Below are positions 19,655 through 29,244 of a stretch of DNA of 64,000 nt, in pieces. Position 1 is the first letter of the stretch, and each line of letters opens with the position of its first letter. The stretch covers positions 1-64,000 of the forward strand of contig JAUVZD010000008.1 in the NCBI GenBank assembly GCA_030602715.1, read 5' to 3'. This DNA is from Candidatus Coatesbacteria bacterium (GTDB lineage Bacteria > RBG-13-66-14 > B26-G2 > JAUVZD01). The notes beneath the pieces are model-generated. The model saw only the letters and a program-made list of their open reading frames with translations. It was not told the origin of the DNA and ran no database searches. The position numbers were made by a program, and so were the translations under genes.

Positions 19655-20176
19655 TTAAGGTTGCAGAAGTATCTCTTCCCGTTTGGTGAATTCAGCATCC
19701 AAGCCCTCCACCTTCTCCGTCAATGCCTCCAGAGCTTTGCTGAGTTCGGAAGCTTCGCCTGCCGCCTTTTTAGCTTTGGTGACAAACTCCTCCGTCTCCA
19801 TAACCTGTTGTAGTATCTCTGCGTCGAAATCATAGAGTTTGTCCAGGTGGTGTTCATCCACCCGCACCGGATCAAAGAAGCCGGCGTAGCCGTAATCGGC
19901 GAAGCGGATGCGGTCCTCTACCTTCTCCATTTTGGCGGCGACTCTGTCCACAGGGGAGAGTTCCTCCAACCGCCCGTCGTTGGTCAGCTTCTCGGCTATC
20001 TTCATAAAATCCCGGCGATAGCCGCCCAGCTTGTCGGCGATGTGCACCCGAAGCATCTTGTCCGCCTCCCGACGGGTCTCCTTCTCGGTGTAGCCACCGT
20101 AGGCGGGAATGTGCTCCACACACCAATCGTGGAACTTTCTTCGGTCACTGCCGACCAGGTTTCTCAGGTCTTCCAA
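19655..20176 (-). CDS. Hypothetical protein with a coiled-coil C-terminus, co-transcribed upstream of the SPFH gene
   Basis: Start is TTG at 20176 behind AAAGGAGTG. No recognisable motifs. Confidence 0.45.
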   Translation of the reverse strand: MEDLRNLVGSDRRKFHDWCVEHIPAYGGYTEKETRREADKMLRVHIADKLGGYRRDFMKIAEKLTNDGRLEELSPVDRVAAKMEKVEDRIRFADYGYAGFFDPVRVDEHHLDKLYDFDAEILQQVMETEEFVTKAKKAAGEASELSKALEALTEKVEGLDAEFTKREEILLQP

Positions 20177-20440
20177 TTTATCACTCCTTTCAAGATAGCC
20201 AAAAGGGGAATTGATTATACATAAATATATTCGGATTTGCAATTAGAACTGACCTAATTTTATCATCCCAATAGGGGAAAATGAGATTAAAGTGTGCAGA
20301 ACGATTGTCCGTGGGCAGTAAAACTAATCTGCCAACTACTTAAATGTTTTATTATATATTATCATATCAGAGACTGGATTTAAACTATAATTTCGCAGGT
20401 GTCGGTTTAACGATATTCGGGATTTTAACGGGACTATTTC

Positions 20441-20466
20441 AAAAAGAGCAGGCCTTTCGGCCTGCT
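20441..20466 (-). terminator. Rho-independent terminator ending the long minus-strand envelope operon
   Basis: AGCAGGCC pairs with GGCCTGCT around a TTTC loop. On the minus strand CTTTTTG follows. Confidence 0.6.
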
Positions 20467-20489
20467 TGAGGTCGTTTCTGTGGGTAGCA

Positions 20490-20975
20490 TCACATGTATA
20501 TCAGCAGGAGGATGCCGGTAATTGCCCCACTGATGCCTGCAGATATTGCCAGGGCGGTGGCGCTTCCTTTCTCCTTCTGGGTGAACATATATATGGCAGC
20601 CGTACCGGTGGTGATGCATGTCGTTGAGCTTATCCACAGTATGGGTCGAGCCACGGGACCCATATACTTCTTCATCTTGACCCTCTTCTCAAACTCCTCT
20701 TTATCTATGGGGCGGAGGATGTCGTCCATGAAGGAGCGCTCAAAGGTGATCATCTCAAACTCGGGATTGGCACGGTTGATGATCAGACCGATGGGTTCAT
20801 CCAATCGCCCTTCAATGATTAACCCTTCAAGGAAGATTAGCTCACCCCTCTCTCCACGGGTTACTTCGGGGCTAGCCTCAGTGGTGGAGTATTCAATCTG
20901 GGCAAATCCCAGACCGATTGAGGAGAGAAAGACGAAGACGGTCAGGAAAGTTATTCTGGACAGATTTTGTCTCAT
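20490..20975 (-). CDS. Hypothetical secreted/membrane-anchored protein (N-terminal signal peptide, C-terminal TM helix)
   Basis: Signal peptide LTVFVFLSSIGLGFA. C-terminal helix AISAGISGAITGILLLIYM. Last gene of the TPR operon. Confidence 0.5.
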   Translation of the reverse strand: MRQNLSRITFLTVFVFLSSIGLGFAQIEYSTTEASPEVTRGERGELIFLEGLIIEGRLDEPIGLIINRANPEFEMITFERSFMDDILRPIDKEEFEKRVKMKKYMGPVARPILWISSTTCITTGTAAIYMFTQKEKGSATALAISAGISGAITGILLLIYM

Positions 20976-21146
20976 ATGGATACCACCTCCCTACCGGGCG
21001 GTTTAGTCTGAGCCTTTTACCTATTTTTATTATTCCATAAAACTTTGCTTAAGTCAAGGGTTGTTAGGGGAAAAATGAAGGGGTGGGGCTGTGCCTCACC
21101 CCTTTTTCAAACGATTATCCTTTATCACCGACTGAATTCTTGATTT

Positions 21147-23630
21147 CTACTCCGGTGGCGTCTCCGTCCCCTCCTCTGGAGGAGTTACCTCCTCTGTAGC
21201 AGTTTCTTCTTCACTGGAGGGAGCCTCCTCGGTGGTCTCTTCTTCCATGGGAGTTATCTCTTCGGAGGTAGTTTCCTCTTCAAAGGTGCTCGTCTCCTCA
21301 AAGCTCTCCTCCTCCGGTGGAGCGAATTCCTCCGGCGGTGGGGTGTAAGTCTCATAAGTGCTGACCATTGATTCGGGCAGGCGGATATCTATGACCGAGG
21401 GCTCATAGCACTCCATCTTCACCCAGTAGCTGTCCTTCTTTCCACTGCGCGCTTCAACAGCTATGGCGTTGTCGCCGATTCGCAGATAGGGGGTGATGTC
21501 GTAGGTATCTACCGATTTCCAGTCGTCGTCCGAGCCCACCATCTGACCGTTCACATATAGGGTGTATTCCTCACGGGCGGAGATGCGCACCATACGGGTC
21601 ATGGGACGGGTGTGCAGGGAGAATTTTATCACATAGTAGGTATATTCCGATAGATATGGCGACCACATGAAGATGGCTTCCTGGTCGTCGTTGAAGCCGA
21701 ATAGTTTGGACCGATCCTTCTCCGAAATCATACCTTCCCCGGGCTTGGACCAGGAGGATATGTTGGCGGTGTAGGTATTCCAGCCGGGTGTGGGTACGCT
21801 GGTGGAGACCTTCCAGCCGGCATCGGGATGGGAGGGGATGACCAACCCGGTCCAGTCTTCGCCACTGACATACAGTTCCGGATAGTAGTATATCAATCTG
21901 GTTTGGGCATATTCGGACCATTCATCGCTGACGCCGGTCAGTTGGCTTTGGTCGAAACACTCCATGAAGTAATCTCTGGCTTTGCTGTAATATGGTTTTG
22001 CCTGCTCCTCCAGTCCCTGCCTGTATTCTGCAACATATTCCGGGTTGTCAATGATCTCTTGGGGTATCTCCGAGAAGACGAAGGCGTCCCCGAAGTTCTC
22101 ATTTATCTGCCCCAAACGGCAGATGGAGACGGACTTAAATTCGGGGACATCATACTCAATGAGCAGTTTATAGAGGGTGTCGCAGGCTTGGTAGAGTTGA
22201 TTCTTCTTTTCAAAGTTGGCTTTGAGCACCTCAATGGGCATAGTCAACATGATGGGTTCAAACTGCTGATAGAAGCTCTCGGCAATTTGGAAGTTTGCCT
22301 TGGCTGGATAGATCACCGTTTCCGGTTCCAGGTCCTCACTGTAGGTGTAGTCGCTTCTAATCTCCTCAAATATCTTGACTGTAGCTAGATACTGCTGGTG
22401 GGCGTCATCCCAGTTACCGGCTAGCTCGTCAGCGTATCCCACTTTATACATAGCTTCCACCAGCCGATTGACATCCCTGGGTTTGGAGGAGAGGAACACC
22501 TGGTAGGTAGTTTTGACCCCCTTCCAGTCGCCCAATATCTCGTAATCCTGAGCGGTGTTATACATTGCCTCAAACTGGGCATCGTCAACATTCTTTGAGG
22601 GGTCGGTGCTGTAGACCAGTTGGTAGATGCTTATGGCATCACGCCATTTCTCCACCTTTTCATAGGCGTGAGCCGCTTTCATCAAGGTGGCGATGCGGTC
22701 GGGTGCGTTGGGAAAGAAGTCCAGGTATTCCATATAGACCTGGGCGGCCTTGTCCCAAGCGCCGATCTCCTCGTAGGCTGCAGCAGCACTATTCAAGCTG
22801 GTGAGAGCCAAATCCTTGTCCGGGATGTCAGCGTCAAAGTCCTTGGGTTGTCCTTTGAGGATTTTGCGGGCTACTTCCAGATACTGCTCCGCCTGATCGG
22901 TTTTGGCGGCAGAGACCGTGGGGTCAACGGTAACTTCGGGCATTTCCATACCCTCTTCAATCCCGGGTGCTTCCATATGGCTGATGCTGGGGATTACTCC
23001 TCCGGTGACCTCGGCTATCTGCATCTGCGCAGCAAGGGCTCTTCGGTTTGCCTCTCTGGAGTATTCCTCAAACTTAGACCTCTTGTCGTCGTCGGGGGCG
23101 TTGTAAGCCAGGTTGGCGTATGTGTCCGCAGTCTTGGCATACCATTCCATAGAAATGGTGAACATCTGTTCCGCTTCTTTGCTCCGCTTCTCGCTCATGA
23201 AAGCATATCCGCGCTGGAAGTATATCAGGGAGATGTTATCGCAGGCCAGCACATACTCTTCGGATTTTTGGAATTCATCGGTGATTTCACCATAGGCGAG
23301 CAATGCCCTGTCGTAGTATTCGTAGAACTGGTAGGCTTGAGCCTCACGCATCAACACCTTGGGCATCTTTTCGTGTGTGGGATACATTGTCTCAAAGTTG
23401 TCGCAGGAACGGATCAGGTCCTGGGCTGATTCATCAATGGATGGGAGCTCGTAGCCGTCGCTGTCCAGAACCTTGCCCTCCTTGGTGACTATCTCATCTT
23501 CTCGGGGTATGGTCAGGTCTATGGTCTCCAAAACCTTGCCCCCGTTACCGCAGGAGGTGAGCGCCAGGACAAAAACCCCCGCCCCTACCAGCGAGGATAC
23601 CACCAATAGAACATTAAATAGTTTTTTCAT
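21147..23630 (-). CDS. Lipoprotein with TPR-like repeats, a C-terminal GH2_N/galactose-binding-like beta-sandwich, and an acidic Pro/Glu/Thr-rich tail
   Basis: Lipobox LALTSCG. Multiple TPR-like helical repeats. YTLYVNGQMVGSDDDWKSVDTYDITPYLRIGDNAIAVEA resembles a jelly-roll sugar-binding domain. The last ~75 aa are PPEE/EETT low complexity. Confidence 0.6.
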   Translation of the reverse strand: MKKLFNVLLVVSSLVGAGVFVLALTSCGNGGKVLETIDLTIPREDEIVTKEGKVLDSDGYELPSIDESAQDLIRSCDNFETMYPTHEKMPKVLMREAQAYQFYEYYDRALLAYGEITDEFQKSEEYVLACDNISLIYFQRGYAFMSEKRSKEAEQMFTISMEWYAKTADTYANLAYNAPDDDKRSKFEEYSREANRRALAAQMQIAEVTGGVIPSISHMEAPGIEEGMEMPEVTVDPTVSAAKTDQAEQYLEVARKILKGQPKDFDADIPDKDLALTSLNSAAAAYEEIGAWDKAAQVYMEYLDFFPNAPDRIATLMKAAHAYEKVEKWRDAISIYQLVYSTDPSKNVDDAQFEAMYNTAQDYEILGDWKGVKTTYQVFLSSKPRDVNRLVEAMYKVGYADELAGNWDDAHQQYLATVKIFEEIRSDYTYSEDLEPETVIYPAKANFQIAESFYQQFEPIMLTMPIEVLKANFEKKNQLYQACDTLYKLLIEYDVPEFKSVSICRLGQINENFGDAFVFSEIPQEIIDNPEYVAEYRQGLEEQAKPYYSKARDYFMECFDQSQLTGVSDEWSEYAQTRLIYYYPELYVSGEDWTGLVIPSHPDAGWKVSTSVPTPGWNTYTANISSWSKPGEGMISEKDRSKLFGFNDDQEAIFMWSPYLSEYTYYVIKFSLHTRPMTRMVRISAREEYTLYVNGQMVGSDDDWKSVDTYDITPYLRIGDNAIAVEARSGKKDSYWVKMECYEPSVIDIRLPESMVSTYETYTPPPEEFAPPEEESFEETSTFEEETTSEEITPMEEETTEEAPSSEEETATEEVTPPEEGTETPPE

Positions 23631-23797
23631 CGGGTTTCACCTTGTTACCCAAAAGTTGGTTTTGTGATCACTGTCTAGAAGGGAATATTACCGTATGATT
23701 ATTTTTATTGCAATTCTATCGGGTCGTCGTCTCGCCCTTACCTTCGTCCTCTTCTGAGGAGGTTCCCCGGGGTCTCCTTATTCTTCACTCCCGCTCC

Positions 23798-25762
23798 TCA
23801 TTCCTCGCCCGGTTCGGCTATGGTGTCCAACGGTGGGGGTTGCTCATCGTCCGGTTCAAGGGGCTTGGTCTCCTCGGGTTTCTCTTCAGGGATATATCCG
23901 GTGCCGCCGGGCTCATACCCATCAGTGGATGGGTAGGTGATGAGTTTGCGCAGGGGCGTATTATCATCATCATAGGTCTCATCCTTGAAGCTCTCAAATA
24001 TCCTTGAGTAGCAGACCACCGCGTTGTAGGCGGCATCGGAGCGGGTGAACTTGATATCATCAGCGGTGATGGTATAGCGGTCTTCGGTATATTCCAAGGA
24101 GACCCGTTCAAACTCCACCGCTGCGCCCTTATTGTCCCCCAGTTCAAGGAGGACAGCGGCAAGGTTGAAGTTGTATTTATACGCCTTCTTGTTACCTGGA
24201 TATTCGTGGAGATACTGGCGGTAGCGGTAGGCGGCTTTCAGGAAATATTCCTTGGCAAGCTCCGAATCTCCCTCAGTTTTGGCTTTTAGAGCCATCTGGT
24301 GGTTATATTCGGCGACCTCGTGCAGATTCATCTCCCTCTGTTTGAGGGCGTTGGTCTTCAAGGTGGCGTCCTCCAGGTTCTTGAACCACTCGCTGTCCGG
24401 ACCGTATTCATCCAGGATGCGCTGGCGGGTGGAATCAGCATACTCCAGGTTCTCGTCCCGAGTGTAAGCCTCCACCACCGAGGTCAGCACCTCCGCCGCT
24501 TTCTCGTAATTAGGGTTGTCTGCCAGTAGGTTCTCATATACATCTATAGCTTTTTTTATCTTGTCCTGCTTGTAGAGATAGACATCCCCAATGCGATGGA
24601 TGATGTTTGCGGAGTAGGGCTTGTCGTGGACGGCGAAGTAATCGTCGGCAATTTCTGTAGCTGATGGGGGGGGGTTCTTGGCAAGTTCGGTGAAGCAGAT
24701 GGCGGAGAAGCGTTCAGCCTCATCTGAGAGCTCCACCTGCTGGGCGCTTATAACCCCTTCGCCCTCCTTCTTGAGCTGTTTGTAGAAATCGAGCAGGTTA
24801 CAGAAGGAATCGATTGAATTGTAATAATCCTCTAAGTTGTAGTCGTTTGCCAGGTTGTAGTAGCACCAACCGATTTTGTAGATTGCCTTGTCGTGGAGTT
24901 TCTCGTTTTCAGGGTTATTCTCCACTTTGGTGAAGTATTGTATAGCAGTATCAAACTCAAAGATATCAAAATAATAGTTTCCGATGCGCAGATAGGATTC
25001 TGCGGCGAATCTACTGTCGGGGAAATGGGTAACCAGAACCTTGTAGGTTTCGGCGGCTTCTTTGCGCTCATTCATGCTTTCCAGGCAGATGCCCAAGCCA
25101 TAATAAGCGGTATCTATGTATTCAAAATCTTTATAGAGGAGGACTATCTCCTGATAGGCTTTTATGGTCTTCTCAAACCTGTGTTTGGGTTCCTCACGGT
25201 CAAAGGTGATAGTTGGTGAGAAGGCTGGGGGAGTTTCTATGTTACGGTATTCCTCCTCGGTAATCCCCAGCGATTCCAGGAAAGCTTTGCGCTCCGCCCG
25301 CACTTTGGAGGCATACTCCTCGGTAGCCTTCAGGTATTCCAGATTCCTTTCTATCTGGTTCGCCTCCGATTGCTCGTAGTAAACCTCCCCCAGACGGATG
25401 AGGATATCGGGAGTGTAGGTGCTCTCCGGGTATTTGGTAAGGAATTTCTCGTAGCCCTCAATGGCGTCGGCACGCAGTTTATCCATCTCGGTGACAATGT
25501 TCTGGGCTTTTTTCTCCCGTTCTTCGTGAATCTCTATAATCTTCTCGTTTATCTCCTCAACCTTATCCCGGTATTTCTCCTCCACCGCTTTTTTGACCTC
25601 TTCAATGTCACGTACCTTGTCCAAGGAACCGTTGTTGTCACCACAACCGCTGTACAGCAACAGCCCGGCTACCAGCAGGGATGCCAATATCGGAGTGAGG
25701 TTACTGTTGCCTTTGACCATATTGATTATCTCCTCCACGGTATAATTTCTGTCTAGGAACAT
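23798..25762 (-). CDS. Secreted TPR-repeat protein with a Pro/Glu-rich C-terminal tail
   Basis: Signal peptide. TPR signatures (W/Y-L-G-Y, A-F-A-P-Y spacing) recur throughout. Tail PEEKPEETKPLEPDDEQPPPLD. Confidence 0.6.
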   Translation of the reverse strand: MFLDRNYTVEEIINMVKGNSNLTPILASLLVAGLLLYSGCGDNNGSLDKVRDIEEVKKAVEEKYRDKVEEINEKIIEIHEEREKKAQNIVTEMDKLRADAIEGYEKFLTKYPESTYTPDILIRLGEVYYEQSEANQIERNLEYLKATEEYASKVRAERKAFLESLGITEEEYRNIETPPAFSPTITFDREEPKHRFEKTIKAYQEIVLLYKDFEYIDTAYYGLGICLESMNERKEAAETYKVLVTHFPDSRFAAESYLRIGNYYFDIFEFDTAIQYFTKVENNPENEKLHDKAIYKIGWCYYNLANDYNLEDYYNSIDSFCNLLDFYKQLKKEGEGVISAQQVELSDEAERFSAICFTELAKNPPPSATEIADDYFAVHDKPYSANIIHRIGDVYLYKQDKIKKAIDVYENLLADNPNYEKAAEVLTSVVEAYTRDENLEYADSTRQRILDEYGPDSEWFKNLEDATLKTNALKQREMNLHEVAEYNHQMALKAKTEGDSELAKEYFLKAAYRYRQYLHEYPGNKKAYKYNFNLAAVLLELGDNKGAAVEFERVSLEYTEDRYTITADDIKFTRSDAAYNAVVCYSRIFESFKDETYDDDNTPLRKLITYPSTDGYEPGGTGYIPEEKPEETKPLEPDDEQPPPLDTIAEPGEE

Positions 25763-25856
25763 CTGGTTTACAGAAACTCAAATCGTTCTCAAAATCATCG
25801 TTGTGATATATTTGTACCCCAGTTAGGCTGTTACTACGTAATGAATACATAATAAG

Positions 25857-26222
25857 TTAGGAATTAGTTCGCAGTTCAACTCTATACCGCCAATTAATCA
25901 AGAACAAAATCCCCAACAAGAAAAGTGGTCCTGAGATCATCAAATAAGCCGACCAGTGGAACCTTCCCCAAGCTGTAACCAGATAAAATATCCCAATTGC
26001 CGTGAATAGAATTCCGCCAACCCATTCCCAGCGCCACGAGATGGCAAGTACGACAAGTATTATACCGGTTGGGATAAGATGTATCAGCATGGCTAATATC
26101 GTTTCCCAGAACCCATAACCTGCGCTAAACACGTCTAGTGCAAACAAACTTATAAAAACAGCGAATAGAATACATAAGATCCTTGGGCTCCAGAACAACA
26201 ATCGTTTCACGGATTTTTTCAT
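25857..26222 (-). CDS. Small integral membrane protein (3-4 TM helices)
   Basis: Start at MKKSVKR (26222). The longer track ORF overlaps the upstream TPR gene and has an Arg-rich non-native N-terminus. Confidence 0.45.
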   Translation of the reverse strand: MKKSVKRLLFWSPRILCILFAVFISLFALDVFSAGYGFWETILAMLIHLIPTGIILVVLAISWRWEWVGGILFTAIGIFYLVTAWGRFHWSAYLMISGPLFLLGILFLINWRYRVELRTNS

Positions 26223-26244
26223 ATTCTCACCAACTTTCGGGAGC

Positions 26245-28017
26245 CTACTGGGAACCCTCAGTACCTTCCGATGGTGGTGCTTCTTCCCCGCTCGTTGTTG
26301 CACCCTCAACGCTTTCTGGCTCCTCTGGGGGAGGCGCCTGGGTAGTTTCCTCTTCAACTATCGGAACGAGAACCCCTTCCCGCTTCTTGGAGGGGAAGTA
26401 TTTGCTGGGGGAATATGTAATATTACCGGAGACATCCTTGGTCAGCCCGAATTCCTCCGGGGGCGGAAGGGAGATTACCTCGCTTTCTCCTTCCACTTGT
26501 TCTTTGTATCCCAGGCGATACTGCTCCTCTATAGCCACCTCCCGGGAGACTTTCTCGGAGTAGGTTAGCTTTTCCTGTTCCAGCTCCTCAACTTCCAAAT
26601 TTATCTCTATGCTCAATTCCTCTATCTCTTTCTCCAGTAGTTGTTCCTTTTGGAAGGCGATGGTTGCCATGCCGAACTCGGCGCCGAGCATCAGGTTGCG
26701 ACCAGTGGTGGAACGACCGGAGAACCACATCTCCAAACCCGCCAGCTGGTCTTGCAGGCGGCGCACCTCTTGAATCTCCGATTGAATCTGTTGGTGTATG
26801 TCATCCAGTCCCCGGTCAATAGCTATCTCATCCAGCTCCAGGAAACCAAAATATATCTCCTCAATCTTGTCCATCTCCTCAAAGATGCCCTGATAGACCT
26901 CGCTTACCCGAGGGTCGCCAGCCAATTCTAGTTCCAGATTGTAGTTCTGTTTAATGTCCCGATATTGGTCCATCGCTTTCTCATATTTTCCCAGACCGAG
27001 ATTGCAATGAGCCAAAGACAGCTTGGCTTCGGCGATGAGGTCGCTTGAGCGACGCCGGCTGATAATCTTTTCAAGATAACCTGACGCTTTCTCGTATTTC
27101 TCCTGCTTGATATATACCCAGCCAATGCCCAGAAGGGCGTTGTCGTAGTTCTCAACATCGCTGGAGTCAACCCTTTCATACTCATCTACCGCATCCTCAT
27201 ACCTGCCCACTTCGTAGAACAGGCGCCCCAGGGTTACACGAGCCAAGTTCTTCAAAGCCTTGTCTATCCTCCCGGCAAAACTCATGGAGTCAATTGCCTT
27301 GAGCTGGTGTATTGCGCCTTCAATGTCATCTTGCTGGACCAGACAAAGAGCCATGGAGTACTGGGAGAAACCGTAAAAATCTGAAATCGGTCGCACTTCG
27401 TTGAGTATTCCATAGGCATCTTTGAATTCGCCGATGCTGTAACGGCAGATTCCGCCGATGTAGTTGGAGGCGTCAATGAAGCTCTCCACATCAAATTCCT
27501 TCATCGCTTCCGGGGGGATGGTCAGAGTGCCGGCATGGTAGCGGTTGAGGATTTCCTGATGGTAGAAGATGGCTTCGGTGTAGCGCTCCTGCTTGAACCC
27601 CAACTGCTCCATGCGGTACAACGAGATTGCATAGTAGATGGAATCGGGATAGTTTTTTATCACCCGGGTGAAGGCGTCACGGGAATCGGTGTAGTCGCCG
27701 GCTTTGAAGAAGGACTCGCCCATATAGTAGCTTGCTTCTACCGCTTTGGAGAAGCCGGGATAGAGGAAGACCAGTTCTTTGAACTTGACGCCCGCCTGGC
27801 TATATTTCTTTGACTTGTAGTCCCCATAGGCGTCCTGATAGGTTTTCATTGCCAGGGCTTCCAACTCCTCAAACTTGCGTTCCTGGCGCAGTTCATAGAT
27901 GTATTCTGTGGTCACCTCCAAGTCGCTGGGGAGGTCGTTTTGAGCATAGACCAGACCCATATCTCCTAGGAGTGATGCTACCAGCAGAAGAGAGGAGAAC
28001 CAGCTCATTTTAGACAT
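26245..28017 (-). CDS. Secreted TPR-repeat protein with a Pro/Glu-rich C-terminal tail
   Basis: Signal peptide MSKMSWFSSLLLVASLLG. TPR repeats. Tail EETTQAPPPEEPESVEGATTSGEEAPPSEGTEGSQ. Confidence 0.6.
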   Translation of the reverse strand: MSKMSWFSSLLLVASLLGDMGLVYAQNDLPSDLEVTTEYIYELRQERKFEELEALAMKTYQDAYGDYKSKKYSQAGVKFKELVFLYPGFSKAVEASYYMGESFFKAGDYTDSRDAFTRVIKNYPDSIYYAISLYRMEQLGFKQERYTEAIFYHQEILNRYHAGTLTIPPEAMKEFDVESFIDASNYIGGICRYSIGEFKDAYGILNEVRPISDFYGFSQYSMALCLVQQDDIEGAIHQLKAIDSMSFAGRIDKALKNLARVTLGRLFYEVGRYEDAVDEYERVDSSDVENYDNALLGIGWVYIKQEKYEKASGYLEKIISRRRSSDLIAEAKLSLAHCNLGLGKYEKAMDQYRDIKQNYNLELELAGDPRVSEVYQGIFEEMDKIEEIYFGFLELDEIAIDRGLDDIHQQIQSEIQEVRRLQDQLAGLEMWFSGRSTTGRNLMLGAEFGMATIAFQKEQLLEKEIEELSIEINLEVEELEQEKLTYSEKVSREVAIEEQYRLGYKEQVEGESEVISLPPPEEFGLTKDVSGNITYSPSKYFPSKKREGVLVPIVEEETTQAPPPEEPESVEGATTSGEEAPPSEGTEGSQ

Positions 28018-28067
28018 GTCCCTACCCCAGTCCGTTTTTGGATTTATTAGTTAGCTTGTTGAGCGAT

Positions 28068-29030
28068 TTACTTAATGAGGATATCCCGCAAGCGCTTCAG
28101 CTCTTGCTCTGAAGCCTCCCGTCGGTCACGAGCCTGCTTCAATCTCTCCATTGCCCGCTCAATGCGGTTCTTAAGACGCATCAACCGTTCCTGCTCCGCA
28201 CCAGTGAGTAGTGGACCCAAAAGATACTGCACCGAGATTGAGAATTTTGGTTGGTCGTATTCGTCATATACCGGCACACCGGGTTGGTCTGGGTCTGTGG
28301 CCATGGGTCCCCCCCACCAGAACTGTTCAATCTCCCCGACGCCGGCAGTGATAGTAAACTTGTATGGGAGGTTGAAGCGGACACCGGCGTTGAAATCCCG
28401 TCCATCCACCTCGGCGAGAATATCAATGTAGTTATTCACATCCCACTCAAAACCGGCGAAAATTCCCTGCCAGGGGTAGGAGTGCCTCCAAGCCCCAACA
28501 AAACGCCCGGAACCGACCCCCAGATGTAACTTGATGGGGGCTTTCAGAATCGGCTCCATATCCTTGGAGGCGACGATGAAGAAGGAGTAGTTGAGGTTGT
28601 GGTAGTAATTGCTGGCATTATCTCCCCAGGAGTTGATATTGGTGTTTGGGGAGATGTCCAGCATACCGATGGAGATGCAGGGAATGCGGGAAGTTTCGTT
28701 GAGTATTTTGGCTTTGGCATATCCGCCGAATGTCTTGGGCCCGTAGTAACGCAGACCTATCTCTATGCGGTCCAACAAGCCCAGGGTAATCCAGGCATCC
28801 ATCTCCCGGAAATTTTTTCCCGGTTTATCGACATTAATAGGTTGGGAGACGATGAGGTAAGAGGATATACCTATATCTATCTCCGTGTTTTCAATGGTGT
28901 AAGCTACGGGAATGTCCAGCAATCCGCCCTGGATTTGATATCCCCCGAAGACTGCATTGGGCGCCAGGAGAGCGGTAAAAAATACCACAGCATAAACCGT
29001 AAAGACTTCTGGCTGGTGAATTTTGTTCAA
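28068..29030 (-). CDS. Hypothetical envelope protein: beta-strand-rich Gly/Tyr/Trp-rich body (outer-membrane-like) with a C-terminal coiled coil. First gene of the TPR operon.
   Basis: Signal-like N-terminus. Alternating aromatic/Gly beta-strand pattern. C-terminus ERLMRLKNRIERAMERLKQARDRREASEQELKRLRDILIK. Confidence 0.45.
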   Translation of the reverse strand: MNKIHQPEVFTVYAVVFFTALLAPNAVFGGYQIQGGLLDIPVAYTIENTEIDIGISSYLIVSQPINVDKPGKNFREMDAWITLGLLDRIEIGLRYYGPKTFGGYAKAKILNETSRIPCISIGMLDISPNTNINSWGDNASNYYHNLNYSFFIVASKDMEPILKAPIKLHLGVGSGRFVGAWRHSYPWQGIFAGFEWDVNNYIDILAEVDGRDFNAGVRFNLPYKFTITAGVGEIEQFWWGGPMATDPDQPGVPVYDEYDQPKFSISVQYLLGPLLTGAEQERLMRLKNRIERAMERLKQARDRREASEQELKRLRDILIK

Positions 29031-29244
29031 AAGTGTTTCACCACCTTGTATTTTTGCTGGATATATCTTTTCTACTTTAATTTACCCCATAAAAGAAAGA
29101 AAGTCAAGGGTAAATTCATTGAAATATGAGGACATCTGGTATTTAGCAACAGCCTTTCCCCCCCTCCTGAAATTGTAATTATAACCGGTTATTAGCGGTA
29201 TTTCTTCACCTTCAGGATGTCAATATGATAGTATTTATATAGCT

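Noticed and set aside
20243-20489. 247-nt AT-rich intergenic region considered for a small RNA, tRNA or RNase P
   Set aside because: No cloverleaf or conserved ncRNA motifs visible. It contains the operon terminator (20441-20466) and likely the promoter of the 19655-20176 gene.
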